From Myxococcota bacterium (GTDB lineage: Bacteria; Myxococcota_A; UBA9160; UBA6930), in the NCBI GenBank assembly GCA_965223705.1, contig OZ245015.1, forward strand, positions 4,064,001 to 4,128,000: 64,000 nt of DNA. Reading direction: 5' to 3'. Position numbers and translations under genes: made by a program. The notes beneath the pieces are model-generated. The model searched no databases. It was not told the origin of the DNA and was given only the letters and a program-made list of their open reading frames with translations. Positions 9,116 to 18,283 of the stretch are shown one piece after another. Within the stretch, counting starts at the first letter, position 1, and every line of letters begins with the position of its first letter.

Positions 9116-10270
9116 ATGCCCATCAACCGCGTCCAGGCCGCCCTCGACCAGCTCCGTCGTGGTCACGCGGTGATTCTCATCGACGGCGACGAACACGACG
9201 TCGAAGGCGAGTTCGTCGTTGCGGCGGAAAAAATCACCCCGGATTGGGTGAACTTGATGGTCAAGCACGCTCGCGGCCTCGTATGCCTCTCCCTCACACG
9301 GGAACGCGCCGAAGAATTGCAACTGCGCCCGATGGTGAGTGAGGGCGAAGGTCACGGCACGGACGGCGGACCCTTCACGGTTTCGATCGAAGCGGCGCGA
9401 GGCGTGACGACCGGCATCAGCGCGGGCGACCGGGCCACCACGATTCTCACCGCCGTCGATCCCGCGAACACCGCGCGATCCGTTCGCTCGCCCGGTCATG
9501 TCTTCCCCGTCGTGGCGCACCCCGGCGGTGTTCTCGCGCGCGCGGGTCACATCGAGGGTTCCGTCGACCTCGCGCGGCTCGCCGGGCTGCGGCCCGCCGC
9601 CACGACCTGCAAGATCCTGGCGGAGAACGGGGCCGTCGCCGGTCGGGCGGAAATCGAGGCACTCGCACAAGAGCTCGGACTGCGCATCGTCTCCCTCGCG
9701 GACTTGATCGCGTTCCGGCGGGCAAAGGAAAAGCTCGTCGAGCGCAGAGTCGAACTCGCGCTTCCGCTGATCTACGGGGACTTCCGCGTCGTCGTCTACC
9801 GCAGTACTTACGACGATCTCGAACACCTCGCGTTCGTAAAAGGCGAGCCGGCGGCGAACCAGCCGGCCCTCGTGCGGGTGCAGTCGGTTCAAATCGCGCT
9901 CGAAGCGCTGCTCTTCTTGAAGCGGGGTGCCTGGAGTTCCCTCGCTACCGCGCTGTCCGCCGTCGACCAAGAGGGACACGGCGTCGTCGTCTGCCTCGCA
10001 GGAAGGAGCGGAGAGCGGCTCGCCGATGTCGTCACGCGCCTCGCCGAAGACCTTCCCGCATCGGAACCGTCAGCGTCGGACGCCCAGCTGCGCCACTACG
10101 GCACGGGTGCGCAGATTCTTTCCGACCTGGGCATCCGGCGGCTGCGGCTGCTGACCGACAATCCCCGGCGCCTGGTCGGTCTCGAGGGTTTCGGACTCGA
10201 GGTCGTCGAAACGGCCCCGATGCCGCCACCGAGCGACGCCAACATTCGCCCGTTGCGCGCAGAGTCCTAG
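9116..10270 (+). CDS. RibBA-like fusion (DHBP synthase + GTP cyclohydrolase II folds) with degenerate active sites
   Basis: FTVSIEA, GVTTGISA, PGHVFP, YGTGAQILSDLG and LRLLTDNP identify the family; catalytic residues are substituted (see findings). Confidence 0.85.
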   Translation: MPINRVQAALDQLRRGHAVILIDGDEHDVEGEFVVAAEKITPDWVNLMVKHARGLVCLSLTRERAEELQLRPMVSEGEGHGTDGGPFTVSIEAARGVTTGISAGDRATTILTAVDPANTARSVRSPGHVFPVVAHPGGVLARAGHIEGSVDLARLAGLRPAATTCKILAENGAVAGRAEIEALAQELGLRIVSLADLIAFRRAKEKLVERRVELALPLIYGDFRVVVYRSTYDDLEHLAFVKGEPAANQPALVRVQSVQIALEALLFLKRGAWSSLATALSAVDQEGHGVVVCLAGRSGERLADVVTRLAEDLPASEPSASDAQLRHYGTGAQILSDLGIRRLRLLTDNPRRLVGLEGFGLEVVETAPMPPPSDANIRPLRAES

Positions 10271-10276
10271 CCGGCC

Positions 10277-11059
10277 GTGTTGATCGATACCCACGCCCAC
10301 ATCAACTTCGATAGCTACGACGACGACCGCGACGCGATGTTCGCTCGCGCACGCGAGAACGGCGTCGACACGATCATCTGCGTCGGCATGCTCCCCGCCG
10401 GCGGGCGAGAGGCGCTCGCGCTGGCGCGCGAACACCCCGGGCGTGTCTTCGCTTCCGTCGGGTGTCATCCCTACGACGCGGGCAAGCTCGATGCGGAGAC
10501 CCTAGACGAAATCGACGCCTTGTTGGCAGAACCCGAGGTGATCCTCGTCGGCGAAATGGGCATCGATACGGTGAAAGCCGAAGTCCCCATCGACGTTCAA
10601 CAAGAGGCGTTCGCCGCGCAGCTGCGCTTGGCAGAACGTCACGACCTTCCGGTTTGCATCCACAGCCGCGAGGCGTTTTCTCTGTGTGAGGAAGTCATCC
10701 GCGACGTCTTGCCAAACGGCTGGAAGGGGTTCGCTCACTGCTTCAGCGACGGGGTCGAAGAGGCGCTGGGATGGAAGGCGCTCGGTTTCGCTGTGAGCTT
10801 CGCGGGCCAGATCACGTTCAAGAACAAGAGTTGCGAGCCGATTCGCGATGCGGCCCGCGCGCTGTCGCCGGACGACGTCGTGGTCGAGACCGATTGCCCG
10901 TTCCTCGCCCCGACTCCGTGCCGCGGCAAACGAAACGAGCCCGCGTTCGTCGCACACACGGCGCGAAAACTCGCGGAGCTCTGGGAGCTTCCCGAGGCCG
11001 AAGTGTTCGCCCGGACCAGCGCGACAGCGCGCCGGGTGCTCGGTATCGAAGCGCCTTAA
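10277..11059 (+). CDS. tatD: TatD-family nuclease
   Basis: IDTHAH, VGEMGID, IHSREA, HCFS, ETDCPFLAP, RNEP. Confidence 0.93.
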   Translation: MLIDTHAHINFDSYDDDRDAMFARARENGVDTIICVGMLPAGGREALALAREHPGRVFASVGCHPYDAGKLDAETLDEIDALLAEPEVILVGEMGIDTVKAEVPIDVQQEAFAAQLRLAERHDLPVCIHSREAFSLCEEVIRDVLPNGWKGFAHCFSDGVEEALGWKALGFAVSFAGQITFKNKSCEPIRDAARALSPDDVVVETDCPFLAPTPCRGKRNEPAFVAHTARKLAELWELPEAEVFARTSATARRVLGIEAP

Positions 11060-12108
11060 GCGTCGAGCAGGTACGAGAAGATGATCGGCGCGACGATCGT
11101 CGCATCCGATTCGATGACGAACATCGGCGTCGCAACGTCGAGCTTGCCCCACGTGATCTTCTCCGTGGGGATCGCGCCGCTGTAGGAGCCGTAGCTCGTC
11201 GTCGAATCGCTGATCTGGCAGAAGTAGCCCCAGTACGGACACGAGCGACGCATGTCCTGGTGGATCAGGGGCACGACGCAGATCGGAAAGTCTCCGGCGA
11301 TGCCGCCGCCGATCTGAAAAAAGCCCACGGTGTTCTGCGCTTCGGAGGCGGGAACGGCGCGCATCGCAACAGCGTCGTGATCGTGCTCGCCGCCGACTTC
11401 GGGAAGGTCGGCGACCGCAGCACCCATCGTCTCCCGGGCGTACCAATCGGTGAGCGCCCCCAAGGTTTCGAGACCGCCGCGGACTGTGGCGTAGGACTTC
11501 AGATGTCCGCGCATGACGTGCGCAGCGAAGACGTTGCCCAGGGTCGAGTCTTCCCAACCCGGGACGAAGATCGGAAGATCCCGTTCGGCCGCGGCCAACA
11601 ACCACGAGTGCGAGGGATCGATTTGATACGCGTCCCGCAAGTGCCCTTCCCGAAGGAGCTCGTACATGAACTCGTGGGGAAATCGTCGTTCGCCGCGCTC
11701 TTCGGCGGCCTGCCACAACGCGAGAATCGGCCGCTCGATTACGCGGAACGCTTTGTCCTCCGGAATGCAGGTGTCGGTCACGCGGTTCAGCCCGCGGCGC
11801 TCGAGGTCCTTTTCCTGCTCTGGCGTCAGGTTCCGGTAGTGGGGAATCCGCTCGTAGTGATCGTGAGCGACGAGGTTGAACACGTCTTCTTCGAGGTTCG
11901 CCCCGGTGCAACAGATCGCGTGGACCTTGTCGCGGCGGATCAGCTCCGCGAGGGAGATCCCGAGCTCTGCCGTGCTCATGGCACCGGCCATGGCCAACAG
12001 CATCTTCCCACCCCCGCCGACGTGCGCATCGTAAGCCCTGGCGGCGTCGCGCAACGCGGCGGCGTTGAAGTGGCGATAGTGGTGCTCGACAAAACGGCGG
12101 ATCGACAT
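11056..12108 (-). CDS. Deoxyhypusine synthase-like protein (possible homospermidine synthase)
   Basis: AGAMSTAELG, CTGANLEED, IGGGIAGDF, SYSGA..EKITWGK, ESDATIVAP. Confidence 0.9.
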   Translation of the reverse strand: MSIRRFVEHHYRHFNAAALRDAARAYDAHVGGGGKMLLAMAGAMSTAELGISLAELIRRDKVHAICCTGANLEEDVFNLVAHDHYERIPHYRNLTPEQEKDLERRGLNRVTDTCIPEDKAFRVIERPILALWQAAEERGERRFPHEFMYELLREGHLRDAYQIDPSHSWLLAAAERDLPIFVPGWEDSTLGNVFAAHVMRGHLKSYATVRGGLETLGALTDWYARETMGAAVADLPEVGGEHDHDAVAMRAVPASEAQNTVGFFQIGGGIAGDFPICVVPLIHQDMRRSCPYWGYFCQISDSTTSYGSYSGAIPTEKITWGKLDVATPMFVIESDATIVAPIIFSYLLDA

Positions 12109-12141
12109 CGGCTCCTCGGTGCCGACGAGCCTAGCGTAGGA

Positions 12142-13158
12142 CTAGAAGGCGAACTGCCAACCGACCGTCGCCGTCCAGTCCACTTCGAGTTGGGGGCCGT
12201 TCAGATCCTGGTAGACGGGTCTTCCGACTTCGGCGGCCAGGCGATGCCCGCGGAGTGGTCCCTTCGTGAACAGCCAGTTCGCGCCGAGCCAGACGTCCAG
12301 GCGGCGCCCGCCTCGACGATCGGGGTCCGCCGTCGGAACGAGGTTCGGATTGAGCGCGTCGTCGTCCCCGCGAATGTCGCCCCAGTCGTGGTAGTCCAAG
12401 CGAACGGACGTGGAGAACGCTGTGATCCACCGCCGCGCGAGCCAAGCGGTGGCGCCGAACCGATGACCGAGGCGATAGCCCTTCGAGTTGGTTCCGGTGC
12501 GGAAGTTCGCGCGGGCCTGCGCGCCCCAGGAATAGCGATCGGTCCGAGCGGTGTAGACCAGGCCGGGCAAGAGGTCATAGGTCCCGGAGCCGATCTGCAT
12601 CGGGTACGGCAGACGAACGCGCCCCATCGGTGTGTCGTCCTTCAGGTCGATACTTCCGGTGGGGAAGCTTATGCCCAGGTTCGTGTGAACATGGTGGCGA
12701 ACTTCGGTGCCGAAAGCGGCGCCCGTCCAATCGGCGAGACGGACCATGGCGGTCAAGCTGATATCGCCGAGATGACTGGTTTCCGTTTCGAATCCGGTTC
12801 CCATGCGCGTGCGGTGTTGCATATCGAGGCGGACGAACGGCGCCATCCCCATCACCGTCACGCGATCGCTCGGCGCCCACATAAGCCCCAGCATGTGCAT
12901 TTCCATGTCCATGTCGAAAGGCGCTACCGGGAAATCGGCGTTGACCGCGTCGGTCCCCAACCGATCGGTCCCGTCTCGGTTTCCGTTCATGTTCATGAAC
13001 ATGTATCGATAGGAGAGCATCCACTCCCCCTTCTTGTGCATGTGGTCGCCCATCACGCCGATCGGCGCATGGCCGTCCGCTCGCATCTCGGCGTGCGCGG
13101 CCGAAACGGCGGCGCATGCGATCGCGACAAGCGCGATCCATCCCTTGAAACAACGCAT
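12142..13158 (-). CDS. His/Met-rich outer-membrane beta-barrel, putative metal transporter
   Basis: Signal peptide; ADGHAPIGVMGDHMH, MFMNM, MDMEMHM, PYPMQIGSGT; C-terminal GWQFAF beta-signal. GAGGGG RBS before ATG 13158. Confidence 0.8.
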   Translation of the reverse strand: MRCFKGWIALVAIACAAVSAAHAEMRADGHAPIGVMGDHMHKKGEWMLSYRYMFMNMNGNRDGTDRLGTDAVNADFPVAPFDMDMEMHMLGLMWAPSDRVTVMGMAPFVRLDMQHRTRMGTGFETETSHLGDISLTAMVRLADWTGAAFGTEVRHHVHTNLGISFPTGSIDLKDDTPMGRVRLPYPMQIGSGTYDLLPGLVYTARTDRYSWGAQARANFRTGTNSKGYRLGHRFGATAWLARRWITAFSTSVRLDYHDWGDIRGDDDALNPNLVPTADPDRRGGRRLDVWLGANWLFTKGPLRGHRLAAEVGRPVYQDLNGPQLEVDWTATVGWQFAF

Positions 13159-13172
13159 TCTCAACCCCTCGA

Positions 13173-13193
13173 AGCGGACAGGCCCTGTCCGCT
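13173..13193. promoter_or_regulatory. 9-bp hairpin adjacent to the barrel gene RBS
   Basis: AGCGGACAG-GCC-CTGTCCGCT, 2 nt upstream of the SD and between the leader ORF and the barrel gene. Confidence 0.5.
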
Positions 13194-13222
13194 CGCGAAT
13201 TCATTCGTGACGAATAAAACAG

Positions 13223-13576
13223 CTAGACGTGGGAGAGAGACGTTCTGGGGACCGTGTCGGGAGGAGCCGGTACGAACTTCGGCTCGTCAACGGTGCGCGT
13301 CGCTGTGTAGTCGGCGAGTCGCGGTAGCTTCGGCGCCGCGCTCACCGGCGGGACCAGCTGGTAGACCCCCGCGACGGAAGTCGCCGGGGGCGCCTTGCAA
13401 CAGCCGCAAGGACAGGCGGCGCGGTATTCCGGCTCATCGGCTCCGTCCCCGCCGCCTCCCGACGTGACCGAGGTCGCGCCGGACGGAGTGACGTCGAGGC
13501 AGGGGAGCGCCACGGCGTTCGCGTAGGCGAGCAGCGCGAAGAGGACGAGTACGTACGTAGTGGGGCGCCGGCGCAC
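13223..13576 (-). CDS. Cys-rich DUF2946/CruR-like leader protein
   Basis: Signal/TM segment, low-complexity linker, CPCGCC, Pro-rich C-terminus (PAPPDTVPR); lies directly upstream of the barrel gene. Confidence 0.6.
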   Translation of the reverse strand: MRRRPTTYVLVLFALLAYANAVALPCLDVTPSGATSVTSGGGGDGADEPEYRAACPCGCCKAPPATSVAGVYQLVPPVSAAPKLPRLADYTATRTVDEPKFVPAPPDTVPRTSLSHV

Positions 13577-13618
13577 CTGCGTACCCTATCACAAGCGCCG
13601 CTCTGCTAGCGTGAGTCC

Positions 13619-15286
13619 GTGTCCGACAGCTCCGTCACGCGTTTTGCCCCCTCGCCCACGGGCCATCTTCATGTCGGCGGCGCGCGCACGGCGCTCTTCA
13701 ACTGGGCACTCGCGCGCGCGCTCGGCGGCCGCTTCCTCGTTCGCATCGAAGACACCGACCGCGCCCGATCGTCCGAGGATGCGGTCTCGGGAATTCTCGA
13801 GGATCTCGCCTGGCTCGGGATCGCGTGGGACGACGGCCCGGAATTCGGGGGGCAAGGTGGCGACCCGCGCGGCGTCGGCCCCTTCTTCCAATCGCAACGC
13901 CTGGACCGCTACAACGCGGTGATCGACGAGTTGATCGGGCGCGACCTCGCCTATCCCGCGTTCGAGACCGCGGACGAGCTCGACGCGATGCGGGCCCGCG
14001 CCCGAGAGGCAAAAGAGAACTTTCGCTACCGACGGCCGGCCGACTACGACGCCGAAGCGGCGCGGAAGCGGCAGGGCGAACCGCATGTCGTTCGCTTTCG
14101 GATGCCGACCGAGCCCGTTCACGTGCGAGACGAAATTCTCGGCGCCGTCGAGTTTACCGAGGAACACCTCGACGATTTCGTCATCCGCAAGCGGGACGGC
14201 TTTCCGACCTACCATCTAGCGGTGGTGGTCGACGACCACGACATGGGTGTCACGCATGTTCTGCGCGGACAGGAGCACTTGAACAACACACCGCGCCACG
14301 TCGCCTTGCAGCGCGCGCTCGGGTTCTCCGAACCCCACTACCTCCACGTACCCCTCATCTTCAACGCCGACGGATCGAAGATGTCGAAGCGCGACAAGGA
14401 CAAAGCGGCGCGTGCCGCCTACAAGCAGTGGGATGGCGACCCCGTCGGCGATGTGCCGGGGCTCTCTGCCGAAGCACTCGCCTCGTGGGCCAAAGACAAA
14501 CGAAGCCAGCTCGACACCGACGTCCTCGTGGCTTTGGCGGAGTGCCTCGAACTGGAACTCCCCGCGATTTCCGTCGAGGACTTCCGACGCGACGGGTACC
14601 TGCCCGAAACCGTATGCAACTACCTCGGCCTGCTCGGCTTCTCGCCGGGTGAGAAAGACGCGGACGGCAAAGATCTCGAGCGCTTCGATCGCGCTTATCT
14701 GGCCTCCCGCTTCGACGCGACGCGTGTCGGCCGTTCGAACGCGCGCTTCGATCGCGCGAAGCTCCTCGCGTTCAGCGCCGACGATCTCGCTGCACTCGGC
14801 GACGACGCGTTCTTCGAAGCGTGGGAAGCGTGGTGCGCGCGGTACGCGACCTGGGTCGCCGAACGCTTCGACGAACCGACGCGGCGCAAGATGGCAGCGG
14901 CGCTCAAGTCGCGGTGCAAGACCCTGGCCGACGTGACGTCCCTCCATGGGCCGGGCGCGTTTCTCATCCGCGCTGACGACGCGATCGCGTACGACGAGAA
15001 AGCCGTCGCGAAGCATCTCCGAAAGGGCGAACCGGACGGGTTCTCGTTGCTCGAGCACGTTCAATCCGCGCTGCGCGATCTGGGAGGGTTTGCCCCCGAT
15101 ACGATCGAAGACCGCGTTCGCGCACTTGCCGAGGAGCTCGGCGTCGGCATGGGAAAGGTCGCTCAACCGCTGCGCGTAGCCGTCACCGGAAGCGCCGCCA
15201 GCCCGCCACTCGGCGAGACGCTGGCGTTGTTGGGTCGCGAGGCGACTCTGGCGCGCATCGCGCGATGCCTCGAGACCTGCCGCTAA
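13619..15286 (+). CDS. gltX: Glutamate--tRNA ligase (form without Zn-ligand Cys)
   Basis: RFAPSPTGHLHVGG, RIEDTD, THVLRGQEH, KMSKR, PLRVAVTG. Confidence 0.95.
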   Translation: MSDSSVTRFAPSPTGHLHVGGARTALFNWALARALGGRFLVRIEDTDRARSSEDAVSGILEDLAWLGIAWDDGPEFGGQGGDPRGVGPFFQSQRLDRYNAVIDELIGRDLAYPAFETADELDAMRARAREAKENFRYRRPADYDAEAARKRQGEPHVVRFRMPTEPVHVRDEILGAVEFTEEHLDDFVIRKRDGFPTYHLAVVVDDHDMGVTHVLRGQEHLNNTPRHVALQRALGFSEPHYLHVPLIFNADGSKMSKRDKDKAARAAYKQWDGDPVGDVPGLSAEALASWAKDKRSQLDTDVLVALAECLELELPAISVEDFRRDGYLPETVCNYLGLLGFSPGEKDADGKDLERFDRAYLASRFDATRVGRSNARFDRAKLLAFSADDLAALGDDAFFEAWEAWCARYATWVAERFDEPTRRKMAAALKSRCKTLADVTSLHGPGAFLIRADDAIAYDEKAVAKHLRKGEPDGFSLLEHVQSALRDLGGFAPDTIEDRVRALAEELGVGMGKVAQPLRVAVTGSAASPPLGETLALLGREATLARIARCLETCR

Positions 15287-16062
15287 GCGGCTGGCAGCTC
15301 GATCTCGGCGTAGACGCCGAAGTGATCGGACGCGAAAACACCGCCGCGCGGTCTGTTGCAAACCACCTCACATCGTCGAAACCGAATGTTCGTCCCGCGC
15401 CCAGCGAAGACGTAGTCGATGCGGACGCCAGGAGGCTCGCTCACGATCGCGTAGGGGTTTTCCTTCGACCAAGTCAAACCCGGGCCCGCCCCCACGCGCT
15501 CGAACGCATCGTCGAAGTGCGGCGCAAATAGCGGCGTCAACTCGTGCCCGGGAGAGGCGTTGAGATCGCCCAGGAAAAAGTGAGGTGTCGCGGGACCCGC
15601 GCCGCGCTCGCGCCGAAAACGGGAGAACGCCGCGATGGCGTCTGCCGCCTGGAGGGCGCGAATCGCCGGCTCTCGATGATGGAAGTGCGAGCAGGCGACG
15701 AAACACGAGCCAAAGGGCGATTCAATCTCGGTGCAGACCACGGCTCGCCGTTCCGCTTCTCCGCCGGTGGGAAGTTCGTGGTTGTGTTCGGAGCGAAATG
15801 GCCAGCGACTGGCTACGGCGTTCCCGTAACGTAGGCGTGTGTCTTTCCAAAACGGAACCACGTCGCCGAAGACGACGTCATATCCCAAGCCTTCGAGCAG
15901 CGACGTCGCCTGGCACGAGTCGGGTCCTCGGAGCACTTCTTGAAAAGCGATGATGTCCGGTGCCAAGGCTTCGATGTTTTCGCGTTGAACGCTTCGCCGT
16001 TCAGCCGGCGGATTGTCGTGCCATAGATTGAGAGTCAACAGGGATAGACACTGAGAACGCAC
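15283..16062 (-). CDS. Endonuclease/exonuclease/phosphatase family protein
   Basis: TLNL, IAFQEV, LGDLN, RIDYVF, SDHFGV. Confidence 0.9.
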   Translation of the reverse strand: MRSQCLSLLTLNLWHDNPPAERRSVQRENIEALAPDIIAFQEVLRGPDSCQATSLLEGLGYDVVFGDVVPFWKDTRLRYGNAVASRWPFRSEHNHELPTGGEAERRAVVCTEIESPFGSCFVACSHFHHREPAIRALQAADAIAAFSRFRRERGAGPATPHFFLGDLNASPGHELTPLFAPHFDDAFERVGAGPGLTWSKENPYAIVSEPPGVRIDYVFAGRGTNIRFRRCEVVCNRPRGGVFASDHFGVYAEIELPAA

Positions 16063-16090
16063 TGGCCTACAGCCTTGTTCCGGAGGTGTT

Positions 16091-17065
16091 GTGAAAACGA
16101 AAAGGCGTGAACTTTACCCCGCCATCGAGCCCTACCACAGCGGTCACCTGCGCGTTTCACCACACCACGAGTTGTATTTCGAAGTCTCGGGGCGGCCCGA
16201 CGGACAAGCCGCTGTATTTCTCCACGGGGGTCCGGGCGGCGGGACCGACCCGAACCAACGGCGTTTCTTCGACCCGGAGCATTACCGGATCGTGTTGTTC
16301 GATCAACGCGGATGTGGTCGGAGCTCGCCGCACGCGAGCCTCGAAGACAATACAACCTGGCACCTCGTCGAGGACATCGAGCGGTTGCGAGAACACTTGG
16401 GCGTCGATCGCTGGCTTGTCTTCGGAGGGTCTTGGGGCAGCACGTTGGCCTTGGCGTACGCGGAAACCCATCCCGAACGCGTCCGCGCGCTGGTCCTACG
16501 CGGGATCTTCCTCCTGTCGGAACGCGAGCTTTCGTGGTTCTACCAAGAGGGCACGAGCCGTTTCTTCCCGGACAGCTGGGAACGCTATCTCGATCCAATT
16601 CCACCGGAAGAGCGCGGCGACCTGCTTCGCGCCTACCACCGCCGCCTGACGTCGGACGATCCCGACGTGCGGCGCGTCGCCGCACGAGCGTGGAGTCAGT
16701 GGGAAGGCGGAACAAGCTTTCTGTTGCCCGACTCGGCCTTCGTCGCGCACACAGGCGAAGAGGAGTTCAGTCTCGCGTTCGCGCGAATCGAGTCGCATTT
16801 CTTTGTGAACGGAGGCTTCTTCGAGCCGCGGGATCAACTACTTCGCAACATCGACCGGATCCGGAGTATTCCCGGGGTGATCGTCCAAGGGCGCTACGAC
16901 GTCATCTGTCCGCCGGAGACGGCGTGGGCCCTGCACCGGGCCTGGCCCGAAGCGACGCTCGAATGGGTCCCCGACGCTGGACACTCGGCCTTCGAACGGG
17001 GCACCGTCGACGCGTTGGTTCGCGCGACCGATGGCTACCGCGAGTCCGCTTCTCCGGACAGGTAA
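16091..17065 (+). CDS. pip: Proline iminopeptidase
   Basis: HGGPG, DQRGCGRS, GGSWGS, QGRYD, AGHS. Confidence 0.95.
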   Translation: MKTKRRELYPAIEPYHSGHLRVSPHHELYFEVSGRPDGQAAVFLHGGPGGGTDPNQRRFFDPEHYRIVLFDQRGCGRSSPHASLEDNTTWHLVEDIERLREHLGVDRWLVFGGSWGSTLALAYAETHPERVRALVLRGIFLLSERELSWFYQEGTSRFFPDSWERYLDPIPPEERGDLLRAYHRRLTSDDPDVRRVAARAWSQWEGGTSFLLPDSAFVAHTGEEEFSLAFARIESHFFVNGGFFEPRDQLLRNIDRIRSIPGVIVQGRYDVICPPETAWALHRAWPEATLEWVPDAGHSAFERGTVDALVRATDGYRESASPDR

Positions 17066-18243
17066 CGAAGTGCCACGGCCGCGTGCAGCGCGATGCCCTG
17101 GGCCATGCCGTCTTCGTTGAGTCGCATCCGATTCGAGTGGCAAGGGGCGGGGGCGCGACCGTCGTCGGGCGCGACACCCAGAAACACCATCGCGCCGGGC
17201 CAGCGCTCGAGCATGTAGGAAAAGTCTTCGGCGCCCATGATCGGCGCGGGAAGCTCGAAGACGTGCTCTGCACCGAGCAGTTCGCGCGCCACGCCGTGGG
17301 CGAAGCCCGCGAAGTCCGCGTCGTTGACGGTGACCGGGTATCCCGGGTCGATATCGATTTCGGCCTCGAGCTCGTGCGCGGACGCGATTCCCCGAGCGAC
17401 GCGTTTCAGGCCGGCGATCGCGTCGGCGCGCGCGCGTTCCGACGTCGCCCGAATGGTTCCGAGGAGTTCGGCGGATTCGGGAATGACGTTGTTCGTCGTA
17501 CCCGCGGCGATTTTCGTCACGGTGAGCACGACCGGATCGTGCGCGGGGATACGACGCGTCACAAAGGCCTGAAGCGCTTGAACGATCTCGCAGGCTACGG
17601 GAATCGGATCCCGCGTATCGTGAGGCATCGACGCGTGTCCGCCGCGACCGCGCACGACCAGCGTAAACACGTCGGCGGACGCGAGGAACGGACCGGGACG
17701 CCCGGCCACGCGGCCCACCGGGAGTCGCGGATCGATATGGATCGCGAACGCCGCGCTCGGAGCGGGCTCGTCGAGCACCCCTTCGTCGAGCATGTACTTC
17801 GCCCCGAAGTGACCCTCCTCCCCAGCTTGAAAGACGAAGCGAATCGTCCCGGAAAAAGCGTCGCGCTTGCGCGACAGGAGCTTTGCCGCGCCCACCAGCA
17901 TCGCCGTATGCGCGTCGTGACCGCACGCGTGCATCCGACCCTCGCGCTTCGAGGCGAAGGGCAAGCCGGTATCTTCGGGCATCGGCAGGGCGTCCATGTC
18001 CGCCCGGAGGAGCAACGTCGGGCCCGGTCGGTGGCCTTCGAGATCGGCGATGAGGCCCGACGTGGTCTCGCACCGGGTCAGCTTCAGATCGAGCGGCGCG
18101 AGCGCCGCCTCCACCGCCGCGCGAGTCTCGGGCAGCATGAGGCCGAGCTCCGGTTTCTCGTGGAGTTGTCTCCGAAGAGAGACGGCGTCGGGTAGGAGCG
18201 ACGCGGCATCGGGCAGGAGGGATCCGAGGGAGTTCGTCGACAT
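17035..18243 (-). CDS. M20D-family amidohydrolase
   Basis: RADMDALP, MHACGHDAH, GEEG, GGHAS, AEDF. Start set at ATG 18243. Confidence 0.92.
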   Translation of the reverse strand: MSTNSLGSLLPDAASLLPDAVSLRRQLHEKPELGLMLPETRAAVEAALAPLDLKLTRCETTSGLIADLEGHRPGPTLLLRADMDALPMPEDTGLPFASKREGRMHACGHDAHTAMLVGAAKLLSRKRDAFSGTIRFVFQAGEEGHFGAKYMLDEGVLDEPAPSAAFAIHIDPRLPVGRVAGRPGPFLASADVFTLVVRGRGGHASMPHDTRDPIPVACEIVQALQAFVTRRIPAHDPVVLTVTKIAAGTTNNVIPESAELLGTIRATSERARADAIAGLKRVARGIASAHELEAEIDIDPGYPVTVNDADFAGFAHGVARELLGAEHVFELPAPIMGAEDFSYMLERWPGAMVFLGVAPDDGRAPAPCHSNRMRLNEDGMAQGIALHAAVALRYLSGEADSR

Positions 18244-18283
18244 CGTGATAGGATGCCACGTCCGTCGAAAAAAGGAGAAGGAC

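Noticed and set aside
10771..13467. 898-aa plus-strand ORF, and similar long ORFs such as 16312..18195, 40160..42280 and 50197..51888
   Set aside because: These are antisense or alternate-frame shadows of well-supported genes in high-GC DNA, with no recognisable motifs.
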